DNA of 59,152 nucleotides from Chloroflexota bacterium (GTDB lineage Bacteria; Chloroflexota; Dehalococcoidia; JACPQK01): NCBI GenBank assembly GCA_016190505.1, contig JACPQM010000021.1, positions 1 to 59,152 of the forward strand, read 5' to 3'. Shown piece by piece: positions 36,039 to 46,142 of this stretch (position 1 is its first letter; each line of letters starts with the position of its first letter). The notes under the pieces were generated by a model. It saw only the letters and a program-made list of their open reading frames with translations, ran no database searches and was not told where the DNA came from. The position numbers and the translations under genes were made by a program.

Positions 36039-36659
36039 CTACAGGCGGGGCTTGCAGATGATCTCCTTCACCTTCAAGTCGAAGAAGTCCTGGGCGTGAG
36101 CGGGCTGCAACACGACGGCAGTGTCGGCGCCTCGGGAAGTCCCAGCGATGGCAATGACCTCCTCGTCGGTCCGGACGGCGCCCGCATCGGCGGCCATGAG
36201 GGAAATCTCGCAGCACACCTTCACCCCATGGCCGAAAACCCGCAGCGTCCAGGCCATGATCTCGGAGACCTGGTAGGTGTTGAACTTGCGCCGGATGGCG
36301 CGGTTCACGCCGGCGAAGGCGTGCGTGGTGGTCAGGACAGTCCCTCCCTTTTCCTCGATCAGCGACCGTTGCTCCGACGTTACCTCCTGGAGATTCGGCT
36401 CCTTGTGCCCGGCAGCGTGGGTAACCACGACCACCTTGTAGCCAGGGAAGGCCTCCACGGCCTGGACCCCGGTCTCGCCCCGCGAGGTGGCCACCAGAAT
36501 GGTCCTGATCCCCAGCTCCTGGGCGCGCCGCAGGGCCAGGCTCAAGGTCTGTTGAGTGTTCTGCCTGCCAGGCTTGGCATAGTAGACCGCTGTCGTCTCC
36601 ACCCTGTTATTGATGGTAGGGGCAACCGCCCGGCTGCCCCCAACAATTGGTTCGACCAT
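36039..36659 (-). CDS. Stand-alone pyruvate-kinase C-terminal (alpha/beta) domain-like protein
   Basis: 206 aa; 'ILVATSRGETGVQAVEAFPGYKVVVVTH' and 'IAIAGTSRGADTAVVLQP' resemble the PK_C fold. Confidence 0.45.
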   Translation of the reverse strand: MVEPIVGGSRAVAPTINNRVETTAVYYAKPGRQNTQQTLSLALRRAQELGIRTILVATSRGETGVQAVEAFPGYKVVVVTHAAGHKEPNLQEVTSEQRSLIEEKGGTVLTTTHAFAGVNRAIRRKFNTYQVSEIMAWTLRVFGHGVKVCCEISLMAADAGAVRTDEEVIAIAGTSRGADTAVVLQPAHAQDFFDLKVKEIICKPRL

Positions 36660-36841
36660 TGCACCCTCCCCCGAGAAGATATACGGAGTCTATTGTTTCG
36701 GCCCCCAAGTGTCAATCCGTGGTGTTGCTTGACAAAACCGACATCCCACGTATACTTACCGCTGTATTGGAAACGGCTGGGCCGAGGCCCCGCAGTCCGT
36801 GTTGGCACAAGCGGGGCGTCTAGAGTGCCAGAGGTGTATGT

Positions 36842-38608
36842 ATGAGAATCTTCTTTGTCCTCACCGCAATCTCATTGGTGCTTGCCGCCTGCGGTCCGGC
36901 GGCGACTGCCACGCCCACGCCCACCCCGCCGGCAAGCTCCAGGCCACAGGCAACGGCAACCATCCCGCCACTTCCCACGGCCACGCCTTCCGGAGGGACC
37001 CCCGTCGCCAAGCCTACTCCAACTTCCACGCCCATCGCGGCGCCGACGTCGGCTCCGGCCAGTGCCGGGCCACGGCAGGGGGGCGTCCTCCGCTTCCCCG
37101 TGCGGGGCGACCCGCCGAGCTGGGACCCGGCGGTGAGCCGGCTTACGCCGGGGCTGGAGACCAAGTATTCCGTATTCAGCCGGCTCCTCACCCAGTGGCC
37201 CGACCCGCCCACCATGGACTGCCGCACCGAGTTCCAGCCCTGGCTGGTACAGCAGTGGCGCTGGGTAGACGACCGTACCGCTGAGTTCACCCTCAGGCAA
37301 GGGGTCAAGTTCCACAACAAGGCTCCAGTCAACGGCAGGGAGATCACCGCCCAGGACGCAGTGTTCAGCCTGGAAGGTTGGCGGAAACAGGACAGAATAG
37401 GTCCCAAGCTGAAGCAGGTTGACCTCATTACCGCGGTGGACCGCTACACCTTCCGCATGAGGACTATTAACCCCTGGGGCGGCATGCCCCTGGAGGTCCT
37501 GGGCCACGACTACGGCACCGCAGTCCTGGCACCGGAAGCGGGCGGCGCCAAAGGCGAGCTCTGGGAATCCCCTGAGAAGTCCTGGATTGGGAGCGGCGGT
37601 TTCGTATTCGAAAAGTGGACGCCGGGGGTGAAGTGGACCCTCGTGCGCAATCCCGACTACTGGCGCCCCGGGAAGCCATATCTGGATGGCATAGACTTCG
37701 TCATTATGCCCGATACCTCCACGCAAATCAGCGCCCTGCGCAGCCGGAAGCTAGAGCTGGCTATCCGCTGGCCGGAGATCACGTTGGAGGATATAAAGAA
37801 AAGCGTGCCCGGGGTCCAGGTGGTCCGCTGCCCCAGTAGCAACACCTTCCCCGGAGTCCTGTACATGAACACCACTGCCCCGCCTTTTGACGACGTCCGG
37901 GTGCGCCGGGCGGTGTCCATGGCCATTGACCGTCAGGCCCTAGTGGACACAGTGCACAGCGGCAAAGCGACCATCTTCCCTGTCCTTCGCCCGGGCGTCC
38001 CCTACGCCCTGGCCACCAACGACCTGCCCCCTGAGCTACGGCAGTACGTGGAGTACCACCCCGACCGGGCACGACAGCTCCTGGCTGAGGCCGGCTACTC
38101 GAAGGGCCTCAAGACCACCGTCAATGCCAGCGCCAGGTACATCGAAAACAACTACCGGCCAGCCGCCGAGGCGGTCACCGGCATGCTCCAGGCCGTGGGC
38201 CTGGACGTGAAGCTCAATCTCATGGAGCACGGCAGGTACACCGCCACCGTGCTCCAGGCCAGCTACCCGGTTGGGGAGATGGCCCTGACCGTGATCCTCC
38301 AGGACACGCCCGAGGACAGTACCTCCTTGGCCAACCCCACCAAGTACGGCGGCACCACCAACCGGAGCTCGGTGAGCGATCCCCAATACCTGAGTATGTA
38401 TGAGGAGTTCCTGGCCTCCCGGGACGATGCCAAACGGGCGCAGTTGGCCCGCGATATGCAGTTGAGGCACGTGGAGCTGGCCTACCGTGTGCTCCTGCCT
38501 TTCGTGGACGACGTGCTCATCGCCGCTCCGGGGGTAGGCATTCCCGGCTACAGGGGGCATGGCTGGGAGATAAGCGCCCTCCTGGAGAATACCTACCTGT
38601 CCCGCTAG
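36842..38608 (+). CDS. ABC transporter substrate-binding lipoprotein, family 5 (peptide/nickel/opine type); orphan, with no adjacent permease or ATPase
   Basis: 588 aa; lipobox 'LVLAAC'; Pro/Thr-rich tether; SBP_bac_5 core ('VKFHNKAPVNGREITAQDAVFS', 'PDYWRPGKPYLDGIDFVIMPD'). Confidence 0.85.
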   Translation: MRIFFVLTAISLVLAACGPAATATPTPTPPASSRPQATATIPPLPTATPSGGTPVAKPTPTSTPIAAPTSAPASAGPRQGGVLRFPVRGDPPSWDPAVSRLTPGLETKYSVFSRLLTQWPDPPTMDCRTEFQPWLVQQWRWVDDRTAEFTLRQGVKFHNKAPVNGREITAQDAVFSLEGWRKQDRIGPKLKQVDLITAVDRYTFRMRTINPWGGMPLEVLGHDYGTAVLAPEAGGAKGELWESPEKSWIGSGGFVFEKWTPGVKWTLVRNPDYWRPGKPYLDGIDFVIMPDTSTQISALRSRKLELAIRWPEITLEDIKKSVPGVQVVRCPSSNTFPGVLYMNTTAPPFDDVRVRRAVSMAIDRQALVDTVHSGKATIFPVLRPGVPYALATNDLPPELRQYVEYHPDRARQLLAEAGYSKGLKTTVNASARYIENNYRPAAEAVTGMLQAVGLDVKLNLMEHGRYTATVLQASYPVGEMALTVILQDTPEDSTSLANPTKYGGTTNRSSVSDPQYLSMYEEFLASRDDAKRAQLARDMQLRHVELAYRVLLPFVDDVLIAAPGVGIPGYRGHGWEISALLENTYLSR

Positions 38609-39090
38609 ATGTCTAGATACACCCGAGAACGGCGATTAAGCTCTGGCACCTTCACCCGTCAGGTGAAACGCGGTGCGTCTCATATCATTCTGAGCAAAGA
38701 GAGGCACCGATACCGCTCCTCTGTGTTCAAAATGACGTTCCCTGGATGTCATTGCGAGGAGTCCGCCAGATGCGGACGACGAAGCAACCTACGGACGGTG
38801 CTAAGGGCAGAAGGTTGCTTCGCTGCGCTCGCAATGACGGTTAGCATGCGGCTCGGTATTGTCGTTGCGAGCAAAGATAGGTTGGACGTCATTCAAATCG
38901 CTTCCGCAGAAGGGCGAAGAATCCGTAGCCCGTGGTCTGAACCGACGCCGCGCCCGAATGACGGGCCAGGGGTACGGATTCTTCAGTCGCGGAGCTTGCT
39001 TTCCAGCGTAGCGAAGGGCTCCCTCAGAACGACGAGTTGCCTCCAGAGAAGTGCGCGCGCAATCGCTAGGTTCGGGATACATTTGTCAAT
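38609..39090. repeat. Repeat-dense, lower-GC 480-bp intergenic region built from REP/MITE-like blocks
   Basis: 'cattctgagcaaagag', 'gtcattgcgaggag'/'ctcgcaatgac', 'cgttgcgagcaaag', 'cgaagaatccgtagccc...ggtacggattcttcag'; no convincing ORF. Confidence 0.5.
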
Positions 39091-39393
39091 ATGAGTAGCC
39101 AGGCCAGCACCGTTAAGGTCAGGCTCATGGGCGAACTGGCGGGCCTGTTCCATCCCAGGGAGCTGGAGCTACCCCTGCCCGGGCCCATCACCGTCGGGGA
39201 GTTCCTCCGGCGCCTAAGTGACCCCTACGGTGATGCCTTCAGCAAGAAGGTATTCAACTCCGCCGGTGGGCTGACCAACGGCGTCGTGGTGTTCGTCAAC
39301 GGCGAGGACGTCAAGGGCCTCGGCGGCCTCGACACGCCGTTGCCGGGGGGCATAGTAGAGCTGATCATGCTGCCTGTTTTCGAAGGAGGGTAG
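39091..39393 (+). CDS. MoaD/ThiS-family ubiquitin-like sulfur-carrier protein (C-terminal GG)
   Basis: 100 aa ending '...IVELIMLPVFEGG'; 4 nt upstream of the molybdoenzyme gene. Confidence 0.58.
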   Translation: MSSQASTVKVRLMGELAGLFHPRELELPLPGPITVGEFLRRLSDPYGDAFSKKVFNSAGGLTNGVVVFVNGEDVKGLGGLDTPLPGGIVELIMLPVFEGG

Positions 39394-39397
39394 TCCC

Positions 39398-41950
39398 ATG
39401 CAAACTATCGGAGCCACGGCCAGGGGCAAGTGGATACCTACGGTCTGCTACATGTGCATCGTGGGCTGTGGCATCAAGGTGCTGGTCGAGGACGGCGTGG
39501 TCAAGGCCATCGAGGGCAACCCCGATAGCCCGGTGAACAAGGGCAAGATGTGCCCCAAGGGCAAGTCCGGCATCATGAGCCTGTACAACCCCAGCCGGGT
39601 CCGGGCGCCCCTCAAGCGCACCAACCCCGTCAAGGGGATGGACGTGGACCCCGGCTGGCAGCAGATTTCCTGGGACGAGGCCCTGACCACGGTCGCGGAC
39701 AGGCTGAAGCGGATCCAGGACAACCCCAAACAGCTCTACATCCACATGTGGACCGGGGGACAGAACTTCGGGAAGTGGATGCGGGCTTTCGCCACCGCCT
39801 TCGGCACCCCTCACGGACAGGAGGCTACTGCTTCCGACTGCGGCAAGGTCATCCACCCTGTCGAGTTCTTCTCCGGCGGCGGCTTCCACCAGCAGCCGGA
39901 CCTGCACTACTGCAACTACTGCATCCTGGTGGGCACCCAGACTGGCATCGGCGGGCGGCACGCCTTCACTCACATGGCCCAGGACATGGCCGATGCCCGC
40001 CTCCGGGGCATGAAGGTGGTGGCCATTGATCCTATCGGCGTGTGGGCGGGCAGCAAGGCGGATGAGTGGCTACCCATCCGCCCGGGGACGGACGCCGCCC
40101 TGGGGTTGAGTATGCTACACGTCCTGTTGAATGAGCTCCACATCTACGACGCCCAGTTCCTGAAGGCCAAGACCAACGCCTCCTATCTGGTCGGCCCTGA
40201 TGGACGCTACGTCAGAGAACCCTCGTCCGGCAAGCCCCTCGTCTTCGATGCGATGGACGGAGTGGCCAAGGCCCACGATGACCCCACCATCAAAGACCAT
40301 GCCCTGGAGGGGACCTTCCATGTCCTGGGTGTCCGCGCCCGGCCCACCTTCGAGCTCATGAAGGAGCACGTGGCCAACTACCCCCCCGAGAAGGTAGAGG
40401 GCATCACCAGCATCCCCGCGGAGATCATAAGGCGCATCGCTACGGAGTTCGGCCAGGCGGCCCAGGTGGGTTCCACCATCACCCTGAACGGCGTGGCGTT
40501 GCCGCTCCGGCCAGCCTGCGTGGACTGGGCCAGGGGCCCTCAGGGACACAAACACGCCTTTGCCCAGGCGTGGAGCTTGCGGCTGCTCAACATCGTGGTG
40601 GGGGCCATGAACGTGCCCGGCGGCATCCTGAGTACCGGCGCCACCGGCAAGCACCCCTGGCCCTGGGCCCCCGAAGGCGGGACAGATGGCCTCCTGGAGC
40701 ATGGCGGCTCCCTTTTCGCCACGGCCCACACCACCGGCTTTCCAGGGCGCCCGGTCACCCCTCCGGCCCGCTACGACCTGCTGGAGCTGTTCCCCGTGGG
40801 CGGCCACTCCACCACACTCCCTCCCCTGGCCAGCGCCACGCCCGAGAAGTACGGCCTGAACTACCGCATCGAGGTGCTGATACACACTCCAAGCAACCCA
40901 ATAATGGGCGGCTACGGCGACCTGAAGGTTGCCGAGCGGTTCTTCCAGTCCATACCGTTTATCGTGGGCTTTGCACAGGAGATAAACGAGACAACGCTCT
41001 TCGACGACGTAGTGCTCCCAGTGCCCGCTTACCTGGAGGAGTACTCCTTCCCCAATGGGTATTCGGTGAACTCGCCCGTAGGCACCGACGACTACGCTTT
41101 CCAGTTGCGCCAACCTGTAGTCCAGCCTCCGCCCACGGTGAGGGAGCCCGCCGAGGTGGTGTTCGACCTGGCGGAGAGATTGGGAATTCAGGCGGATGTG
41201 TACAAGATTGTCAACTACACCTACCGCCTGAAGAAGCCGTATGCCCTGGAAGCAGGCCAGCGATACGCCATGCCCGAGCTATCAGACCGTATCGCTCGCG
41301 CCTGGTTCGGAGAGGACCACAGCCTGGACTGGTTCAAGGAACACGGGACCTTGCGGTTCCAGAGGGGCGTGGACGACGCCTATCTCGGGCCATTCCTGAA
41401 GGCCCGGCTGCCCGTATACCTGGAGCACTTCATACCCCGGGGGCAGGAGCTCAAGGCGCTGACCGACGAGATGGGCCTGGACTGGGACACCAGTGACTAC
41501 ACGCCCTTGCCCGATTGGAGGCCCTGTCCTGCCCACGAAGCCCGTCAGAAGGGGGAGTACGACCTGGTGGCCATTCACTACAAGCTCCCCTTCATCTACG
41601 GGAGCTACGCCAACGAGAACCCGTATCTGAATGAGCTGTGCGAGAATGTCCCCCTGGCCTACGCAGTCCTCATCAATGAAGACGTGGCCCGGCGAAAGGG
41701 CATCCGGGAGGGGGACTTGGTCTGGATCGAGTCGCCGGTAAACAAAGCCAGGGCCAGGGCCAAGCTGACGCAGTGCATCCACCCCGAGGTAGTGGGGATC
41801 GCCGGCTTCTTCGGCCATACCTCCCCTGGCATGCCTGTAGCCAGAGGCAAGGGGGTCAACCACAACCACCTGCTCCCCCACGACCTGGACCACATAGACA
41901 AGATCTCCACGGCCCTGGAGCACTGCGTCGAGGTCAAAGTCTACCGGTAG
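39398..41950 (+). CDS. Molybdopterin (bis-MGD) oxidoreductase catalytic subunit, DMSO-reductase/formate-dehydrogenase superfamily; substrate unknown
   Basis: 850 aa; N-terminal 4Fe-4S motif 'CYMCIVGCGIKV...MCPKG'; molybdopterin and C-terminal dinucleotide-binding domains; no Tat motif. Confidence 0.85.
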   Translation: MQTIGATARGKWIPTVCYMCIVGCGIKVLVEDGVVKAIEGNPDSPVNKGKMCPKGKSGIMSLYNPSRVRAPLKRTNPVKGMDVDPGWQQISWDEALTTVADRLKRIQDNPKQLYIHMWTGGQNFGKWMRAFATAFGTPHGQEATASDCGKVIHPVEFFSGGGFHQQPDLHYCNYCILVGTQTGIGGRHAFTHMAQDMADARLRGMKVVAIDPIGVWAGSKADEWLPIRPGTDAALGLSMLHVLLNELHIYDAQFLKAKTNASYLVGPDGRYVREPSSGKPLVFDAMDGVAKAHDDPTIKDHALEGTFHVLGVRARPTFELMKEHVANYPPEKVEGITSIPAEIIRRIATEFGQAAQVGSTITLNGVALPLRPACVDWARGPQGHKHAFAQAWSLRLLNIVVGAMNVPGGILSTGATGKHPWPWAPEGGTDGLLEHGGSLFATAHTTGFPGRPVTPPARYDLLELFPVGGHSTTLPPLASATPEKYGLNYRIEVLIHTPSNPIMGGYGDLKVAERFFQSIPFIVGFAQEINETTLFDDVVLPVPAYLEEYSFPNGYSVNSPVGTDDYAFQLRQPVVQPPPTVREPAEVVFDLAERLGIQADVYKIVNYTYRLKKPYALEAGQRYAMPELSDRIARAWFGEDHSLDWFKEHGTLRFQRGVDDAYLGPFLKARLPVYLEHFIPRGQELKALTDEMGLDWDTSDYTPLPDWRPCPAHEARQKGEYDLVAIHYKLPFIYGSYANENPYLNELCENVPLAYAVLINEDVARRKGIREGDLVWIESPVNKARARAKLTQCIHPEVVGIAGFFGHTSPGMPVARGKGVNHNHLLPHDLDHIDKISTALEHCVEVKVYR

Positions 41951-42018
41951 GGGCGAAGCATCGGGAGCGGCGGGCCTTGACCTTGGACCCACGTGGTGAC
42001 CCGATGCTTCGCCCCTAC
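41947..42018. repeat. Long REP palindrome 'gtaggggcgaagcatcggg...cccgatgcttcgcccctac' overlapping the oxidoreductase stop codon
   Basis: 19-nt arms, ~34-nt spacer; paralogous to the element at 11593-11661. Confidence 0.6.
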
Positions 42019-42095
42019 ATTGTGAGGGGACCCCTACAAAGGAAGAACCCTTAGTAGGCCTTGGAATTCCCTTGACTCCCCTCCGGGTGTGACGT

Positions 42096-44489
42096 ATGTT
42101 CCGCAGGCAGGGCTTCCGCCATTGGCGGCTGGTCTTCTCGCTCGCCTTGGTGGTAGCACTAGTCCTTGGTGCTTTCGTGTTCTCCCGCAAGCCGGCTCTT
42201 GGCCTCACCACCAGCATAACCACCGACAAGGCCCAACAGGGGATTGACCCCGCCTATGCTTTGGGCGAAACCGTGACCATTCTCGGTTCCGTAGCGCTGG
42301 CACAGGGAGAGATCAAAGCGATAAGCCAGGTATGGCTGCGCATCGCCGGGCCCCGGCCACTGGAGGTGAACCTCCCCATCAGCGAGGGGACGTACAACTT
42401 GACCGACAGGCTTCCCGTGGATGGGCAAGGTCAACCCCTGACAAGCCTCAACTGCACCGTGGCCTGGGACAAGGTGACATACGCCTACGGGTTCACGGGC
42501 GCAGGATATGGATACGGCTATAAGGGCGGCATCAGCGGTGGCAAGATTAGCTACACTTGCCAGTACGCTCCTCCTGAGGACCTCGTCGCCGCCGGCGACT
42601 ACCAAACAACTATCGAAGCAGCCGTCCCTGGGTTTCAGCCCGTGCTGAGCGCCCCTTCGGCCTACAGCCTCTTCAAACCTCAGCCCCCAGCTACCCCAAC
42701 CCCCACACGAACACCTACCACTACCCCCGCACCCGTCACTGGCGGCGGGCTCGTAGCTACACCTACACCGAAACCCGCCCCGACGCCCACGCCACATCCC
42801 ACGGCCACGCCAACGCCGCCCCCTACGCCAACGCCACCCCCTACACCTACGCTGACGCCTACTCCAACACCAACGCCGACGCCTGCACCCAGCCCTGCGC
42901 CAAAGACTACGCCAACGCCGTCGGCTACACCAGCACCCCGTCCTCCACCACCGGCGACAGAGGTGGAGACCCGTCCCGCCACGGAGGTGGCCAGGCAGAT
43001 CGAGGCCGCAGCTCCCATAGAGGCTGCCAGGGTGCTGGAGCAAGTCACTACCACCAAAGTCGTCGAGGTCTTTCAGCAGATGGCCGCTGATAAGGCGGCC
43101 CGCGTGGCTGAGCAAATGCAGCCTCAGAAAGTGGGCGCAGTGCTGGAGCAGATGCCCCCAGACAAGGCCAGCCAGGTGATGCAGGAGATGGCCAGCGACA
43201 AGCTAACCAGCACCGTGCCCGCCATGTCGGAAACCGCTCTGACAGAGCGCCTCCCCAAGCTGACGCCTCAGAAGCTGTACCAGATACCGCCTCAGGTTCT
43301 GTTCAACGCCCTGCTCAACGCGCCCACCGAGGCGCTGGTCTCGGAGACGCCGCCCACGCCAGCCCCGGAGCTACCCCTCCCTGTGGTGGTCTATACCACG
43401 CCCTCCGGGGCGCGCTACTTGGCCGTCAAGACCACGGCCGGCGAATGGGCGCTGATGATGGGCAGCCCGTTCCCCATCCGCAAGGTCCTGGTGAAGTTCC
43501 GGGATCAACTGAGCGACGTGGAGACCGACGCTCAGGAGCTCGATTCCCGACCGGTAGACGTACCTTCGGACCCTCCGGGCGTGCGCGCGGGCAAGCTCTT
43601 CAGCATCACTCTGTCCCAGGCCAAGCCGGAGGATGTGCTGGCCGCCCACCTGACGGTCAAAGTGGAGAAGACCTGGGTCGCTGAGAACCGCATCCACGAG
43701 TGGTCAGTACAAATCTACACATGGGGACCCGACAAGAGTACGTGGATCGGCATCCCCACCAAGAAAGTGGATGAAGACGGACAATACCTGTACTATTCCG
43801 CGGTGCCAACCCACTTCTCTCTATTCGCCATTACCGGACAGAGCCAGCCCCCACCTCTCAAGATGACGGTGAGCGGGCTACAGGTCAGCCCGACGCAGGT
43901 GCTGGCAGGCGCTCCAGTGGCCGTCAGCGCCAACATCACCAACCTCACCGCCCAGCAGGAAACGTTTGTGGTCCCCCTGTGGATAAACGGCGTGGCCGAA
44001 GGCAGCCAGACGGTCACCCTGGCGGCTGGGGCCAAGGGCAACCTTCAGTACTCTGTTTCCCGGCAGCAGCCCGGGACCTATCAGGTACGGGTGGACCGCG
44101 AGATGGGACCTTTCGAGGTGACGGCGCAGGTACAGCCTACGGCGACGCCTACGCCGGTGCCAGCGACGACGCCTGCCCCCACAGCTACGCCTGCGCCCAG
44201 GCCCACACCCACGACTACCCCAGTCACCAGCCCAACGCCCACGGCCACCCCGCAGCCCACGGTCGCGCCCGCGGCCACCGCCGTCCCCACGCCAGCGCCG
44301 CTGCCCACGCCGACACCACCGCTGGTCCCCACCCCCACGGCGCTACCCCCACCACCGCCTGGCGGGGGATTCCCCTGGGTCTGGGTTATCCTCGCGGTGG
44401 TGATAGCCGTGATAGCTGCGGTGGCGGTAACGTTGCTCAGGCGCCATCCTGCAGCTTCTTCCCTGCCGCCTTCGGAAGGCGCTGAATAG
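42096..44489 (+). CDS. Large cell-surface protein with signal/TM anchor, two Pro-Thr-rich linkers, tandem ~20-aa helical repeats, a CARDB/Ig-like domain and a C-terminal TM anchor
   Basis: 797 aa; '[14 protein letters not shown]...' linkers; repeats '[60 protein letters not shown]'; '[42 protein letters not shown]'; C-terminal '[23 protein letters not shown]'. Confidence 0.68.
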   Translation: MFRRQGFRHWRLVFSLALVVALVLGAFVFSRKPALGLTTSITTDKAQQGIDPAYALGETVTILGSVALAQGEIKAISQVWLRIAGPRPLEVNLPISEGTYNLTDRLPVDGQGQPLTSLNCTVAWDKVTYAYGFTGAGYGYGYKGGISGGKISYTCQYAPPEDLVAAGDYQTTIEAAVPGFQPVLSAPSAYSLFKPQPPATPTPTRTPTTTPAPVTGGGLVATPTPKPAPTPTPHPTATPTPPPTPTPPPTPTLTPTPTPTPTPAPSPAPKTTPTPSATPAPRPPPPATEVETRPATEVARQIEAAAPIEAARVLEQVTTTKVVEVFQQMAADKAARVAEQMQPQKVGAVLEQMPPDKASQVMQEMASDKLTSTVPAMSETALTERLPKLTPQKLYQIPPQVLFNALLNAPTEALVSETPPTPAPELPLPVVVYTTPSGARYLAVKTTAGEWALMMGSPFPIRKVLVKFRDQLSDVETDAQELDSRPVDVPSDPPGVRAGKLFSITLSQAKPEDVLAAHLTVKVEKTWVAENRIHEWSVQIYTWGPDKSTWIGIPTKKVDEDGQYLYYSAVPTHFSLFAITGQSQPPPLKMTVSGLQVSPTQVLAGAPVAVSANITNLTAQQETFVVPLWINGVAEGSQTVTLAAGAKGNLQYSVSRQQPGTYQVRVDREMGPFEVTAQVQPTATPTPVPATTPAPTATPAPRPTPTTTPVTSPTPTATPQPTVAPAATAVPTPAPLPTPTPPLVPTPTALPPPPPGGGFPWVWVILAVVIAVIAAVAVTLLRRHPAASSLPPSEGAE

Positions 44490-44516
44490 CGGCGCGTCGC
44501 CCCTGACCCTCTCCGT

Positions 44517-46142
44517 TTACGGAGAGGGCAGGGTGAGGTGTCCCGTCAACACCTCGTAGACCCGGACCACCCCCCGGTCCTGCATCAGGCGAAACAGGGG
44601 AGACGAGGCCATGAGCCTATCGAACGTCTTGGGATTCTCAGCGGAGTTGTAGTCGTAGAGGACAACGTAGCGGGCGTCGAACTCACGCAGCGTCCGCCAC
44701 AGCACGTCGAGGTCCACGTTTCCCGAGTAGCTCATCATCTCCAGCGGGCGTACCTCCCGCCAGCGGCGCGCCCCCTCGATGTACCACCCGGTGACCGACT
44801 CCCTCCCAGCCACCGCCGGAAGGAGATAGGCGTCCCAGTGCCAGAAGCCCACGGCGAACACCCGGCCGGGGGCCGCCTCGTCCCGTAGCCAGACCAGCGT
44901 GGCCCGGACCTCAGGCGCGACCTGGTACGGGCGCAGCGAGGCCCGGGTCGCGTAGGCGTCCACGCCAGTCACTAGAACCAGTCCAATGACCATCAGGGCG
45001 CCGCCTGTCTTGATGGCCAAAGACGCACGCCAATGGGCTGCTACTGTCAAAGTGTGCTCCAGGCCCCACGCGGCCAACACCGCCGCGAAGGGCGCCATGT
45101 AGAGATGGAACCGGGCCGCGTCCAGGCTGGCCAGGCCCGGCGCCCTGCCCACCGGGGTAAGCCCGCCCAGGCTGAGCACCAGCAGCCATGCCAACCCGGC
45201 CACATACCCCCACATTCGCCGCTTTCCCATGGCCAGCGGGGCAGCCCACAGCGCCAGCAAGGCCAGCGGGCCGAAATAGGAAGGGTACACGTGTTCGTTG
45301 ATGTTCGTCCGGTCGAGCACCGCTCCCAAATATTGGGCGCCCCCGAACGGCCACAGGCCGGCCACCTCGCGAGTGTAGCCAATACCAATGGTCTTCCCCA
45401 GGAACGGCGCCAGCCACCAGCCGGCCCCTACCAGAGCTACCCCCAAGTACACTCCCACGATTCTCAAATTGCGTCGCTCGCCAACCAGCCGGGGCAGGAG
45501 CAGGAACGGGAGCATGGTGAGCAGGACGAAGCCCGTCATGTGGTGCACCAGCAGCGTCGCCGCTGCCATCGCACCACCCAACGCGCTACAGCGCCACTTG
45601 CCCGCCCCCAGGCCACGTTCCAGGAACAGCACCGAGGCCAGGGCCAGCGGCAGCGCCAGCACAGTGGTGTACCGCCCCCACAGGCCGATGCTCGACAGCA
45701 GCGGGTAAGAGGCTTCAGCGAGCACCGCCGCCAGTCCCGACAAGTCGAGACCAATGCCCAGCTCCCGCGCCAGCAGGTAAACCAGGTACCCGGTGGCCGC
45801 CACCGCCAGCAGCAGGAGCAGCTTGTACACCAGCACGACGTCAATCCCCAGCGTTGCTGCGGGCAGCGCCGTGGCCAGGAAGCTCAACGGGGAGTAGGCG
45901 AAGAAAAGGTCCATCCCCCCGTACCAGTAGGGGTCCCACAGCAGGACTATCTGTCCCTGCGACAGGGAGCGCTGGAAGAGCCAGTTGAAGTGAAGGAAGG
46001 TCGGCGTGTCTACCCCAGGCGGCAGGCCCGAGGAGAACAGCGGAGCCAGGATAGCCACGGCCAGGGCCACCGTCAGGGCGCCTACGGCTGCACTTGGTCC
46101 GGCACCTGGTGCATCGAGGTGCCGCAACTTATATTGCCACAC
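44517..46142 (-). CDS. Polytopic membrane protein, GT-C-fold glycosyltransferase-like (inference)
   Basis: 541 aa; >=10 TM helices in the N-terminal two-thirds, C-terminal soluble domain; overlaps the next gene by 14 nt. Confidence 0.5.
   Translation of the reverse strand: MWQYKLRHLDAPGAGPSAAVGALTVALAVAILAPLFSSGLPPGVDTPTFLHFNWLFQRSLSQGQIVLLWDPYWYGGMDLFFAYSPLSFLATALPAATLGIDVVLVYKLLLLLAVAATGYLVYLLARELGIGLDLSGLAAVLAEASYPLLSSIGLWGRYTTVLALPLALASVLFLERGLGAGKWRCSALGGAMAAATLLVHHMTGFVLLTMLPFLLLPRLVGERRNLRIVGVYLGVALVGAGWWLAPFLGKTIGIGYTREVAGLWPFGGAQYLGAVLDRTNINEHVYPSYFGPLALLALWAAPLAMGKRRMWGYVAGLAWLLVLSLGGLTPVGRAPGLASLDAARFHLYMAPFAAVLAAWGLEHTLTVAAHWRASLAIKTGGALMVIGLVLVTGVDAYATRASLRPYQVAPEVRATLVWLRDEAAPGRVFAVGFWHWDAYLLPAVAGRESVTGWYIEGARRWREVRPLEMMSYSGNVDLDVLWRTLREFDARYVVLYDYNSAENPKTFDRLMASSPLFRLMQDRGVVRVYEVLTGHLTLPSP

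Noticed and set aside
38609-39094. 161-aa plus-strand ORF across the repeat-dense intergenic region
   Set aside because: Reads through stacked REP/MITE blocks, has low-complexity sequence and no SD. Treated as non-coding repeat DNA.
42680-44340. Short tandem repeats (acgccnacncc units) that could be mistaken for a CRISPR-like or VNTR array; also at 57230-57370 and 57810-57950
   Set aside because: They are in-frame Pro-Thr-Ala codon repeats encoding PT linkers inside ORFs. Units are 6-9 nt with no spacers and no cas genes.
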